A stretch of 64,000 nt of DNA from Polyangia bacterium. Lineage in GTDB: Bacteria > Myxococcota_A > Polyangia > Fen-1088. The stretch lies in NCBI GenBank assembly GCA_035578045.1, contig DATJWP010000104.1, forward strand, positions 283 to 64,282. The letters are read 5' to 3'. Positions within the stretch are counted from its first letter, which is position 1, and each line of letters begins with the position of its first letter. The notes below the pieces were generated by a model that saw only the letters and a list, made by a program, of their open reading frames with translations, had not been told where the DNA came from and ran no database searches. The position numbers and the translations under genes were made by a program. Positions 38,465 through 47,454 of the stretch are shown here, piece by piece.

Positions 38465-39867
38465 CGGTTCATAATATGGATCGCTTCGCCCAGCGCCGCC
38501 TTCGCCGCCTCCATGATGGCCTCGGGCAGCGTCGGGTGGGCGTGGATGGTCAGGCTGATGTCCTCGGCCAGCGCGCCCATCTCGATGGCCAGGGCCGCCT
38601 CGGCGATGATGTCCGACGCGCCGTTGCCGACGGCCTGGATGCCCAGCACCTCCTTGCTGGCGGCGTCGATCACCACCTTCACGAAGCCGTCGGTGTCGGC
38701 GTTCGCGATGGCGCGGCCCAGCGCGGCGAACGGGAACTTGCCCACCTTCACGTCGCGCCCCTTCTGCTTGGCCTCGTCAGCGGTCAGCCCGGCGGTGGCG
38801 ACCTCCGGATCGCTGAAGATGACGGCCGGGATGCAGCGGACGTCCATCTCGGCGGGACGGCCGGCGATGACCTCTGCCACCACCTCGGCCTCGTGCGAGG
38901 CCTTGTGCGCCAGCATGGGCTGGCCGGCGACGTCGCCGATGGCGTAGATGCCCGCCACGTTCGTGCGCAGCTGCTTGTCGACCGGCACGAACCCGCGCTC
39001 GATCTTGACCCCCAGCTCTTCCAGCCCCAGCCCCTCGGAGTTGGGGCGCCGGCCGACCGCCACCAGCACCTTGTCGGCCTCGATGGTGACCTCCTTGCCG
39101 CCCACCTCGGCGGTGACCAGGGCGTGACCGCCTTTCTCCGTCCAGTTCTTCGCCTTGGCGCCCGTCAAGACCTCGACGCCCAGCGCTTTCAGCTTGCGGG
39201 TCACCAGCGTGACGATCTCCGGGTCGTTGCCGGTCAGGATGGTCGGCAGCGCCTCGACGACGGTCACCTTCGAGCCGAGCTTGGCGTAGAGCGTCCCGAT
39301 CTCGATGCCGATGTAGCCGCCCCCGATCACCACGAACCGCTCGGGCACCGCCGCAAAGTCCAGCGCGCCGGTCGAGTCGACGATCCGCTGGCCGTCGAAC
39401 TTGAAGCCCGGGATCTCGATGGGGCGCGAACCGGTCGCCACCACGATGTGATCAGCCTCGACCGTGGTCTTGCCGCCGGCCTCGGCGATCTCGACGGTGC
39501 GTCCCGAGGTCAGCCGCGCGGTGCCCACCCGATACTCGGCGCCGTTCGACTTCAGCAGCGTCTTCACGCCGCCGGTCAGCTTGCCGACCACCTCGCCCTT
39601 CCAGGTCTGCATGGTCCCCATGTCGACCCGAAAGTTGTCGGCCAGGATGCCGATCTTGGCGCCGTGGCGGAGCTTGTCGTAGGTCTTGGCCGCGTTGATG
39701 AGCGCCTTGGAGGGGATGCACCCGACGTTCAGGCAGATGCCCCCGGGCTTGTCCTTCTCGACGACGATGGTCTTCTTGCCGAGCTGCGCCAGCCGGATGC
39801 CGGCCACGTAGCCGCCGGGGCCCGAGCCGATCACCACCGCGTCGACGCGCGTCTTCTGGTCCGCCAT
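38461..39867 (-). CDS. lpdA: dihydrolipoyl dehydrogenase (E3)
   Basis: 468 aa. VIGSGPGGYVAGIRLAQLG, redox-active GGICLNVGCIPSK, and a C-terminal HAHPTLPE. Confidence 0.92.
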   Translation of the reverse strand: MADQKTRVDAVVIGSGPGGYVAGIRLAQLGKKTIVVEKDKPGGICLNVGCIPSKALINAAKTYDKLRHGAKIGILADNFRVDMGTMQTWKGEVVGKLTGGVKTLLKSNGAEYRVGTARLTSGRTVEIAEAGGKTTVEADHIVVATGSRPIEIPGFKFDGQRIVDSTGALDFAAVPERFVVIGGGYIGIEIGTLYAKLGSKVTVVEALPTILTGNDPEIVTLVTRKLKALGVEVLTGAKAKNWTEKGGHALVTAEVGGKEVTIEADKVLVAVGRRPNSEGLGLEELGVKIERGFVPVDKQLRTNVAGIYAIGDVAGQPMLAHKASHEAEVVAEVIAGRPAEMDVRCIPAVIFSDPEVATAGLTADEAKQKGRDVKVGKFPFAALGRAIANADTDGFVKVVIDAASKEVLGIQAVGNGASDIIAEAALAIEMGALAEDISLTIHAHPTLPEAIMEAAKAALGEAIHIMNR

Positions 39868-40215
39868 GCGGGAGGCTTATACCGGAACCCCGCGCGCCGG
39901 CAATGCCGATCGCCGGGCCCCGACCGATCCCCGGCTGCAGTCCGGGAGCGCGAAGTCGCTCGCGGCCGAGCGAATCAGCCGCTCGAAGGTCCCGGCGAAC
40001 GGCCGCGAGGTGAGCGCCGAGTCCAGTGCCTGGCGAAACACGACGCCCAGCCGGTCGGCAGATCGGGCGCGCGCGCCAGCTCGTGCGCGAGCACGTAGGC
40101 GAAGCTGGCGATGCGGTTACCGTGATGGCGAAAGCCAGGCCTCGCACGCCCGAGCGCAGTGGTTTTGATCGATTGGTGAACGGGGGTTACCCGTCGGCGG
40201 GCTGAGGCCGGTTGT

Positions 40216-40303
40216 CCTCGCCCCTCGGGGCGAGGATAAAGGAGAGGGGATCCGGCTGAGCGCGGCCACCTCTCCCCGCCTTCGCTGCCTTCCCGGGGAG
40301 AGG
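40216..40303. repeat. REP-like palindromic elements in the lpdA / monooxygenase spacer
   Basis: Hairpin CCTCGCCCC-TC-GGGGCGAGG (40216..40235) and CCTCTCCCCG-N14-CGGGGAGAGG (40269..40303). The second shares the CTCTCCC(C)G...CGGGAGAG core seen at 50707..50727 and 57442..57608. Confidence 0.6.
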
Positions 40304-40316
40304 CGCAGATAATCAA

Positions 40317-41489
40317 CTAGGAGGACGGCCCGAGCGGGCCGACGTTCTCGAGAATCTGCCAGCGCAGCAGATCGGTCAGGGTGCGGGCGGGCGTCCGCCG
40401 CAGGATGGCCTCGCGCAGCTTGATGGCCGGGCGCGATCTCCAGCGGAAGGGCCTCCCGAAGGCCCAGCTGCGCTTCACGATCAGGCGCGTGCGGTCCAGC
40501 CGCTCGCGCTCGTATCGGGCCAGCGCGTCCGCCACCGACTCCTCGTCGCGCAGCGCGCGCGCCAGGACGAGGGCGTCGTCGATGGCCATGTTGGCCCCCT
40601 GCCCCAGGTTCGGCGTGGTCGGGTGAGCGGCGTCCCCGATCAGCACCACCCGACCGCGCGCGTAACGCCGGCCCGGCTTCCGGTCGACCACGTCGTTCTG
40701 CAGGATGCCGCCCTCCTCGGTGGCGGCGATCGCGTCCGGCAGACCGAAGGGCCAGCCGCGATACCGCTCGAGCAACATGGCCTTGCGCAGCGCGGGAGGC
40801 ACGATCTCGTTCACCGGCGCGTTGTGGGCGACCCACCAGTACACCCGGCGGCCGTCGATCGGACAGACGGAGGCCCGCTGCCCCGCGCCGTAGATCTCGC
40901 GAATCTCCCTGGGGTTGGCCGACGGCAGCGTGGCCAGCCCGCGGAAGCAGGTCTGCCCCGAATAGCGGATGCGGTCCTGCCCCGCGATCATCGAGCGAAC
41001 CACGGAGTGAAGCCCGTCGGCGCCGATCAGAAGGTCACCCTCCTCGGCCCAGCCGGTGTGAAAGCGCACGTGGACGGCGCTCCCGGAGCTCTCGGCAGCC
41101 TCGACCCGGTGGCTGGCGTGCACGCGGTCGGGGGCGACCTGGCGGGCCAGGGCGGCCAGCAGGACCGGACGCGCGACGACCCGACAGGAGGCGTCGGCGA
41201 ACTCCGCGCCCAGGTCGTCCAGCCGGATCGAGGTCAGGACCCGGCCGTCGGCCGCCGCGGCCGAGAAGATGCGCACGGGCACCGTCGCCGCCCGGACGTC
41301 GTCGCCCGCGCCCAGCTGGTCCAGGCTGGCGAGCGCGTTGGACCAGAGGCCCACGCCGGCCCCCACCTCACGCAGCTCGGCCCCCTGCTCGTAGAGGTCG
41401 GCGTGGATCCCGACCTTGCCCAGGGCCGCGGCCATGGCCAGGCCCCCGATTCCCCCGCCAGCGATGAGCACGCGGCGGACGATGGGCAT
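40317..41489 (-). CDS. FAD-dependent aromatic-ring monooxygenase (UbiH/salicylate hydroxylase-like)
   Basis: 390 aa. VLIAGGGIGGLAMAAALGKVGI (GxGxxG) and GDAAHPTTPNLGQGANMAIDDALVLA. Confidence 0.85.
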   Translation of the reverse strand: MPIVRRVLIAGGGIGGLAMAAALGKVGIHADLYEQGAELREVGAGVGLWSNALASLDQLGAGDDVRAATVPVRIFSAAAADGRVLTSIRLDDLGAEFADASCRVVARPVLLAALARQVAPDRVHASHRVEAAESSGSAVHVRFHTGWAEEGDLLIGADGLHSVVRSMIAGQDRIRYSGQTCFRGLATLPSANPREIREIYGAGQRASVCPIDGRRVYWWVAHNAPVNEIVPPALRKAMLLERYRGWPFGLPDAIAATEEGGILQNDVVDRKPGRRYARGRVVLIGDAAHPTTPNLGQGANMAIDDALVLARALRDEESVADALARYERERLDRTRLIVKRSWAFGRPFRWRSRPAIKLREAILRRTPARTLTDLLRWQILENVGPLGPSS

Positions 41490-41490
41490 C

Positions 41491-42465
41491 TCAGCTCCTG
41501 GTCGCCGCAGCGTCCAGGGCGGCGCGCACCTCCGCCTCGGCGGCGGCCTGCATCTCGGACGCCGCCCGGGGGTCCAGAATCCGCGCGCCGGCCAGGCGGG
41601 CGCCGCTGACCGCCAGCGGGTTCGTGTCTGCCGGGATCACCGCCTCGACCAGCGTCGCGCCCTGCCCGCGCCGAGCCCGCTCGACCGCCGCTCGCACGTG
41701 CGCCCAGACCGCGCACAGGTCGGTCCCGTCGACGCGCGAGCCCGCGATCCCGTACGCCAGCGCCCGAATCGCGATGGTCTCGCCGGTCTGCATCGGCGCG
41801 TGCGGCCGGTCGTTCAGGCAGACGAAGACGACCGGCAGCCGAAACACGCCGCCGAAGTTGAGGCCGGTGTGAAAGTCCTCGGCGTCGATCTCCTGCGGGT
41901 CGAAGTAGCCGAGCGCGACGGTGGGCTTGCCCTGCATCTTGGCGGCCCAGGCGATCCCGGCCGCGTGAGGCAGCTGGGTGGCCGCGTGGGACGACCCCGG
42001 AACCACGTTCAGCGCGCGCGGGATGGTCAGCCAGCCGGCCAGGCGGCCGGCCGCCAGCTCGTCGCCGTTCCCCTGCAGCTGCGCGGCAAACGACGCCACC
42101 GGCATGCCGCGATAGAGGGCAGCGGCCCCGCTTCGTGGCCCCGCCGCCACCATGTCGTCCGGCCCCAGGGCGGCGACGGCGCCCATCACCGCGGCCTCGA
42201 TCCCCTTGGTCGGGAGGTACGAACCCAGGCGTCCCTGCGCGACCAGCGCGGCGGCCGCCCCGTCGAGCGCCCGCATCTGCAGCATGGCGAAGTAGGCGTC
42301 GTTGAGCGTGTCTCCGTCCAGCTCGCGCAGCCCCTCGGCCTGATCGATGTGCGTCGCGCGCGCGTATTCCTCGTCGGTCCAGGCCAGCGACTCCGTGATC
42401 CCGGGTTCACCCAGGCCGGCGCGGATGTGGCGCGAGGTAGGCGGCGTCTTCTTGCGCGCGCTCAC
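41491..42465 (-). CDS. 2-oxoacid dehydrogenase E1 alpha-like subunit, divergent (TPP motif not recognisable)
   Basis: 324 aa, collinear with branched-chain/pyruvate E1-alpha (GRLGSYLPTKGIEAAVMG...ATQLPHAAGIAWAAK...RLPVVFVCLND...YGIAGSRVDGTD). Where GDG/GEG-X(25-30)-NN is expected it reads GYFDPQEIDAEDFHTGLNFGGVFRLPVVFVCLNDRPHAP. Confidence 0.75.
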   Translation of the reverse strand: MSARKKTPPTSRHIRAGLGEPGITESLAWTDEEYARATHIDQAEGLRELDGDTLNDAYFAMLQMRALDGAAAALVAQGRLGSYLPTKGIEAAVMGAVAALGPDDMVAAGPRSGAAALYRGMPVASFAAQLQGNGDELAAGRLAGWLTIPRALNVVPGSSHAATQLPHAAGIAWAAKMQGKPTVALGYFDPQEIDAEDFHTGLNFGGVFRLPVVFVCLNDRPHAPMQTGETIAIRALAYGIAGSRVDGTDLCAVWAHVRAAVERARRGQGATLVEAVIPADTNPLAVSGARLAGARILDPRAASEMQAAAEAEVRAALDAAATRS

Positions 42466-42466
42466 G

Positions 42467-43657
42467 TCAAACGGACCTGTCGTCGAGCGCCGAAGGCGAC
42501 TCGAGCTGGCGCTTGATCTCGCCCACGAACTGGGCCGCGTCGAAGCCGTCGACCACCCGGTGGTCGAACGAGATCGACAGGTTCATCAGGTCGCGGATCA
42601 CGATGGCGTCACCCACCACCGCCGGCCGCCGCGCGATCCGGTGCACGCCCAGGATCGCCACCTCGGGCGGGTTGATGATGGCCGTGGCCATCACGCCGCC
42701 CCAGGCGCCCAGGCTGGTGATGGTGAAGGTCGATCCCGTGAGCTCCTCGCGCGTGGCCTTGCCGGTCCGGGTGGCCACTGCCAGGTGCGCGATCTCGGCC
42801 GAGATCTGGGCGATCGACTTGCGGTCGGCGTCGCGAATCACCGGCACGATCAGACCGGCCTCGGTGGCGGTGGCCAACCCGATGTGGAGCCGCGCCCGCT
42901 GGACGATCTCACCGGCCGCGTCGTCGAGCATGGAGTTCATCTGCGGGAACTTCTTCAGCGCGGCGACGGTCGCCTTGATGATGAACGGCAGGTACGAGAG
43001 CTTGGCGTTGCCTGCGACCCGCGCGTTGACCGCGTTGCGCAGGGCGACCAGCTCGGTGCAGTCGACCTCCTCGACGTAGGTCGCGTGCGGCGCGGTGAAC
43101 TTCGACCGGGCCAGGGCCTCGGCGATCTTCTTGCGCACGCCGCGGAAGGGGATCCGCACGTCGCCCGTCGACGCCGGCGGCGCCGCGGCCGCGGGGGCCT
43201 GCTTGTGCGACCGCACGTCGTCGGAGGTGACGCGTCCGCCCGGGCCGGTGGCGGTGACGGCTCGGATGTCGACGCCGATGTCGCGCGCCAGCTTTCGGGT
43301 GGCCGGCGTGGCCAGCACGGCGCCCGCGGCACCGCTGGCCACCGGGGCAGCGACGGTTGCCGTGCCCGGCCGCGGGGCCGGAGCTGCCGCCGTCTGCGCC
43401 CCGCCCGCGCCGACCTCGTCGGTCTCTATGACGATCAGCACCTTGCCGACCGGGCAGCGGTCGCCTTCGGCGAACATGAGCTTGGCGACGCGGCCGGCGC
43501 GAGGGGACGGGATCTCGACCGTCGCCTTGTCGGTCATCACTTCGACCATGGGCTGGTCCAGCTTCAGCAGGTCGCCCTCCTGAACCAGCCAGCGGACGAC
43601 CTCGCCCTCGACGACGCCTTCGCCGATGTCAGGGAGCTTGAACTCGTACGCGCTCAA
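42467..43657 (-). CDS. dihydrolipoamide acyltransferase (E2)
   Basis: 396 aa. Lipoyl domain EVMTDKATVEI, Ala/Pro linker, subunit-binding domain ATPATRKLARDIGVDI, and catalytic DHRVVDG. Confidence 0.9.
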   Translation of the reverse strand: MSAYEFKLPDIGEGVVEGEVVRWLVQEGDLLKLDQPMVEVMTDKATVEIPSPRAGRVAKLMFAEGDRCPVGKVLIVIETDEVGAGGAQTAAAPAPRPGTATVAAPVASGAAGAVLATPATRKLARDIGVDIRAVTATGPGGRVTSDDVRSHKQAPAAAAPPASTGDVRIPFRGVRKKIAEALARSKFTAPHATYVEEVDCTELVALRNAVNARVAGNAKLSYLPFIIKATVAALKKFPQMNSMLDDAAGEIVQRARLHIGLATATEAGLIVPVIRDADRKSIAQISAEIAHLAVATRTGKATREELTGSTFTITSLGAWGGVMATAIINPPEVAILGVHRIARRPAVVGDAIVIRDLMNLSISFDHRVVDGFDAAQFVGEIKRQLESPSALDDRSV

Positions 43658-44628
43658 AAGCGCACCACCCGCTCGACGGCATCGAGGATGCGATTCGCGT
43701 CCGGCAGGTACTCGTGCTCCAGCGTGTAGGGGAACGGGGTGTCCAGGCCCGTGACGCGCACGATCGGCGCGTCCAGGCGCAGGATGGCCTTCTCGGCCAG
43801 GGTGGCGGCCAGCTCGGCGCCGAAGCCCGAGGTCCGCGGCGCCTCCTGGACGATGACCACCCGCCCCGTCTTCTCGACGGAGGCCAGGATCGCCGCCTCA
43901 TCCAGCGGGACCAGGGTGCGGAGGTCGATGACCTCCAGGTCGTAGCCCTGCAGGGCCCCTTTCCTGGCCGCCTCGAGCGCGGTGTGGACCATCGCCGACC
44001 AGGCCAGGACGGTGACTTGCTGCCCGGACCGGACGACCTTGGCCTGACCGAGCGGGATGGTCAGCTCCCCCGCCGGCACGTCTGCCCGGGCCTCACGGTA
44101 ATAGCGCTTGGGCTCCATGAAGATGACCGGATCGTCGCCCCGGATGGCGCTGGCCAGCAGGCCCTTGGCGTCGATCGGGTTCGAGGGGCAGACCACCTTC
44201 AGCCCCGGAATGTGGGTGAACAGGGCCTCGGGCGACTGCGAATGGTAGTGGCCGCCGCGGATGCCGCCCCCGATGGGCGTGCGGATCACGACCGGCGCGT
44301 GATACTCGCCACCCGAGCGGTACCGCATCTTGGCCAGCTCGTTCACGATCTGGTCGAAGGCCGGGTAGATATAGTCGCCGAACTGAATCTCGGGCACGGG
44401 GCGCATGCCATAGAGCGCCATCCCGATGGCGGTCCCCACGATCCCCGACTCGGCCAGGGGCGTGTCGATGCACCGGTCGGGGCCGAATTCGGCCTGCAAC
44501 CCCTCCGTCGCGCGGAAGACGCCGCCGAAGTTCCCGACGTCCTCACCCAGCACGACCACGCGCGAATCCCGCCGCATCTCCACCCGCAGCGCGTCGTTCA
44601 CCGCTTGCAGCAGATTCATCTCCGCCAT
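43654..44628 (-). CDS. 2-oxoacid dehydrogenase E1 beta subunit
   Basis: 324 aa. VLGEDVGNFGGVFRATEGLQAEFGPDRCIDTPLAESGIVG...HSQSPEALFTHIPGLKVV, canonical E1-beta. Confidence 0.9.
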   Translation of the reverse strand: MAEMNLLQAVNDALRVEMRRDSRVVVLGEDVGNFGGVFRATEGLQAEFGPDRCIDTPLAESGIVGTAIGMALYGMRPVPEIQFGDYIYPAFDQIVNELAKMRYRSGGEYHAPVVIRTPIGGGIRGGHYHSQSPEALFTHIPGLKVVCPSNPIDAKGLLASAIRGDDPVIFMEPKRYYREARADVPAGELTIPLGQAKVVRSGQQVTVLAWSAMVHTALEAARKGALQGYDLEVIDLRTLVPLDEAAILASVEKTGRVVIVQEAPRTSGFGAELAATLAEKAILRLDAPIVRVTGLDTPFPYTLEHEYLPDANRILDAVERVVRF

Positions 44629-44688
44629 GGCGCCCCGGCGAACTACCCCAATCCGCTCCTCAATTCAAGGGGGAGTGAGCTGCCGCGT

Positions 44689-45378
44689 CTATGTCGTCGG
44701 CGGCCGCAGCTTGTAGCCGACGTGCCGGACCGTCTCGATCATCGCGCTTCCCGGGCCCAGCTTGGCCCGGAGGCGCCGGACGTGGATGTCCACGGTCCGG
44801 GTTCCGCCGGCGTAGCGATAACCCCAGACGCGGGACAGCAGTTGCTCGCGGGAGAAGACGCGGCCCGGCCGTTCGGCCAGGAACTTCAGCAGCTGGAATT
44901 CCTGCCGGGGCAGCTTCAGCGCACGGCCGCGGTAGGACGCCTCGACCGCGACGGCGTCGATGACCAGGTCGCCAATCTTGATGCGGCCGGCCGCCCGGAA
45001 CGACGACATGCGCCAGTCCAGCTGGCGGATCCGCGCGTAGAGCTCCGGGCCGACCACCGGCGCCAGCACGAAGTCGTCGGCGCCCGCCTCGGGGTCCAGC
45101 CCGGCCAGACGGGAGACCTCCACGCACAGCAGCACGGGCACGTCCGCCAGGGACCCGACCTCCCGGACCCGCCGGATGGCGGCGCGCCCGACCTCGAGGT
45201 GGGCCCCCGCGTCGACGACCACCACCGACGGGCGTTGGACCTCGATGTCCTCGGGAAGCTGATCGACGTCGTACCCGACGGCGACCACCTCGCAGCCCAA
45301 GTCATTCAGCGCGGCGGCGGGAGATTCGGGCTCGGAGGACGCCGTCGCGGGGTTGGAAGTGACGACCAGGGCACGCAT
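44689..45378 (-). CDS. OmpR/PhoB-type winged-helix response regulator with an atypical receiver domain
   Basis: 229 aa. The C-terminal LPRQEFQLLKFLAERPGRVFSREQLLSRVWGYRYAGGTRTVDIHVRRLRAKL is canonical. The receiver lacks the N-terminal acidic pair (VVTSNP) and the conserved Lys (GADDFVLAPV). Confidence 0.85.
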   Translation of the reverse strand: MRALVVTSNPATASSEPESPAAALNDLGCEVVAVGYDVDQLPEDIEVQRPSVVVVDAGAHLEVGRAAIRRVREVGSLADVPVLLCVEVSRLAGLDPEAGADDFVLAPVVGPELYARIRQLDWRMSSFRAAGRIKIGDLVIDAVAVEASYRGRALKLPRQEFQLLKFLAERPGRVFSREQLLSRVWGYRYAGGTRTVDIHVRRLRAKLGPGSAMIETVRHVGYKLRPPTT

Positions 45379-45601
45379 TCGGCGCCTACGTTATCTGTGC
45401 CGGTCGACGGTGACAACTGGCGCGCTCGAGCACGGCCCGCTGAATATCAAGAGCCCGTTTCCAACTCCCGCCCGAATCAGGCAGCTCCGCCGGGCCGCGC
45501 GGTGCCTCTAGGAAACCGTTCCGGCGGCCCCACCATCTATCTGACGGCCCACGTCCGGCCACGCTTGGCGCGGCGCAGACCTGGTGCAATACTCTTCCTT
45601 G

Positions 45602-46807
45602 ATGGACGACTTCCACTGCTCCTTCTGTGGGAAGCGGCGCCGTGAGGTGCGCAAGCTGATCTCCGGTCCGCGTGTGTTCATCTGCGACGAGTGTGTCGCG
45701 CTCTGCAACGACATCATCGCAAAGGAAGAGGCGGCCGAGCGCCCCAAGCACCCCCGGCCGCGCGAGATCTGGGACGAGCTGAACAAGTACGTCATCGGTC
45801 AGGACCGCGCCAAGAAGGCGCTCTCCGTCGCGGTGCACAACCACTACAAGCGCGTCGGGCAGCACGGCAAAGCCGGCGAGGTCGAGATCCAGAAGGGGAA
45901 CATCCTGCTGCTGGGCCCGACGGGCTGCGGCAAGACGCTGCTGGTCCAGACGCTGGCCAAGAAGCTCGACGTCCCCTTCGCGATGGCGGACGCCACCACG
46001 CTGACCGAGGCCGGCTACGTCGGCGAGGACGTGGACAGCGTCATCAAGGCGCTCTATCGCAACGCCGGGAACGATCCGGAGAAGGCCAGCCGCGGCATCG
46101 TCTGCATCGACGAGATCGACAAGATCGCTCGCAAGGGCGGCGGTCCGTCGGTCACGCGCGACGTCTCGGGCGAGGGCGTCCAGCAGGCGCTGCTCAAGAT
46201 TCTCGAGGGGAAGCAGGCCTCGATCACCCCCGACGGGGCGCGCAACCGCCCGCAGCAGGAGCTGATCCAGGTCGACACGACCGACATCCTCTTCGTCTGC
46301 ACGGGCGCCTTCAACGGCATCGAAGAGATCGTGCGCCGCCGCGTCGGCGAGCGCGGGCTGGGCTTCGGCGCGCACATCGGCAAGGGCGAGGAGTCGAAGA
46401 ACGCCCTGCGCGCGATGACCCGCACCGAGGACCTGATCAAGTTCGGCATGATTCCAGAGTTCATGGGGCGGCTCCCGATCATCGTCGCCGCCGACGACCT
46501 GGACGTCGACATGCTGGTCGAGATCCTCTGGAAGCCGAAGAACGCGCTGGCCAAGCAGTACGAGCGCCTGTTCGAGATGGAGGGGGTCAAGCTCCGCTTC
46601 ACAGAGGATGCGCTGCGGGGCGTCGCCGAAGAGGCGACCCGCCGCAAGTCCGGGGCCCGCGGCCTGCGCGCCATCCTCGAAGAGGTGATGCTGGAGGTCA
46701 TGTACGAGATCCCGTCGCTGACCGGGGTCACCGAGTGCGTCGTCACCCGCGATGTGGTTGTGTCGCGCAGCCGCCCCCAGCTGGTCCGCGAGAAGAAGGC
46801 CTCGTAG
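45602..46807 (+). CDS. clpX: ATP-dependent Clp protease ATP-binding subunit ClpX
   Basis: [32 protein letters not shown] (zinc-binding N-domain) and Walker A GPTGCGKT. The track start, GTG 45584, is also possible. Confidence 0.92.
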   Translation: MDDFHCSFCGKRRREVRKLISGPRVFICDECVALCNDIIAKEEAAERPKHPRPREIWDELNKYVIGQDRAKKALSVAVHNHYKRVGQHGKAGEVEIQKGNILLLGPTGCGKTLLVQTLAKKLDVPFAMADATTLTEAGYVGEDVDSVIKALYRNAGNDPEKASRGIVCIDEIDKIARKGGGPSVTRDVSGEGVQQALLKILEGKQASITPDGARNRPQQELIQVDTTDILFVCTGAFNGIEEIVRRRVGERGLGFGAHIGKGEESKNALRAMTRTEDLIKFGMIPEFMGRLPIIVAADDLDVDMLVEILWKPKNALAKQYERLFEMEGVKLRFTEDALRGVAEEATRRKSGARGLRAILEEVMLEVMYEIPSLTGVTECVVTRDVVVSRSRPQLVREKKAS

Positions 46808-46914
46808 TCGCCGCGCCGGGAACCTATCTGGTCGCCGGTGCATCGAAGTCGCCTTCAGAGTCTTTACCGCCGTCAATCCGGCATTAGGATTGAACGCCAA
46901 CCAAAGGTCGACCC

Positions 46915-47355
46915 ATGCTGAGCCCGAAGGAAAAAGCGCAGATCCGAACCGTGCTCGAAGACGAGCAGAAGCGCCTCGCCCGCAAGAGCGAGAACGCCCT
47001 GGCGTACTCGATGAACCACGAGCGGAACATCGGCCGCGATTCGATCGACGAGTCGATGGAAGAAGAGATCTTCTCGACCGAGATGCGGCTGCACGATCGG
47101 GAGAAGTTCCTGCTGGGCAAGATCGCCAAGCAGCTGGCCCGCCTGGACGCCGACGAGATCGACGTCTGCGAGGACTGCGGGGAGAAGATCTCGTTCCGGC
47201 GTCTGCTGGCGCGCCCCGTCACGACCCTCTGCATCGACTGCAAGGAGCAGAGCGAGCGTGAAGAGCAGGCGACCGAGCAGCCCGGACGGGCCGGCGCCGC
47301 CTTCAGCGAGATGGGCGACGGCGAGGGCGAGCCGAAGATCACCGCGGAAGAATAG
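46915..47355 (+). CDS. DksA/TraR-family C4 zinc-finger protein
   Basis: 146 aa. Coiled-coil N-terminal part and CEDCGEKISFRRLLARPVTTLCIDC zinc finger, with an acidic C-terminal tail. Confidence 0.85.
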   Translation: MLSPKEKAQIRTVLEDEQKRLARKSENALAYSMNHERNIGRDSIDESMEEEIFSTEMRLHDREKFLLGKIAKQLARLDADEIDVCEDCGEKISFRRLLARPVTTLCIDCKEQSEREEQATEQPGRAGAAFSEMGDGEGEPKITAEE

Positions 47356-47454
47356 GTACCTCGTGCGGGGACCTCCCGGGGGTTCCGCCGACGATGAATT
47401 GCTGCATTTCCCCTTTCGGCATATGGTCATCCGCGGGGTTGACGCGGATCACTG

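Noticed and set aside
39925-40175. Possible frameshifted gene remnant on the minus strand in the lpdA/monooxygenase spacer. One frame reads ...HHGNRIASFAYVLAHELARA. After a (GC)n run near 40065..40075, a different frame reads ADRLGVVFRQALDSALTSRPFAGTFERLIRSAASDFALPD. Both have high third-position GC.
   Set aside because: It is only about 80 codons, with no start, no recognisable family, and a frame switch that I inferred by eye. I cannot support it as a pseudogene without a blastx hit.
45565-45593. Sigma70-like hexamers TTGGCG-N17-AATACT just upstream of clpX. They would imply a nearly leaderless transcript starting at ATG 45602.
   Set aside because: The match to consensus is weak, there is no supporting data, and promoter consensus sequences for this lineage are uncertain. 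It is not reported as a feature.
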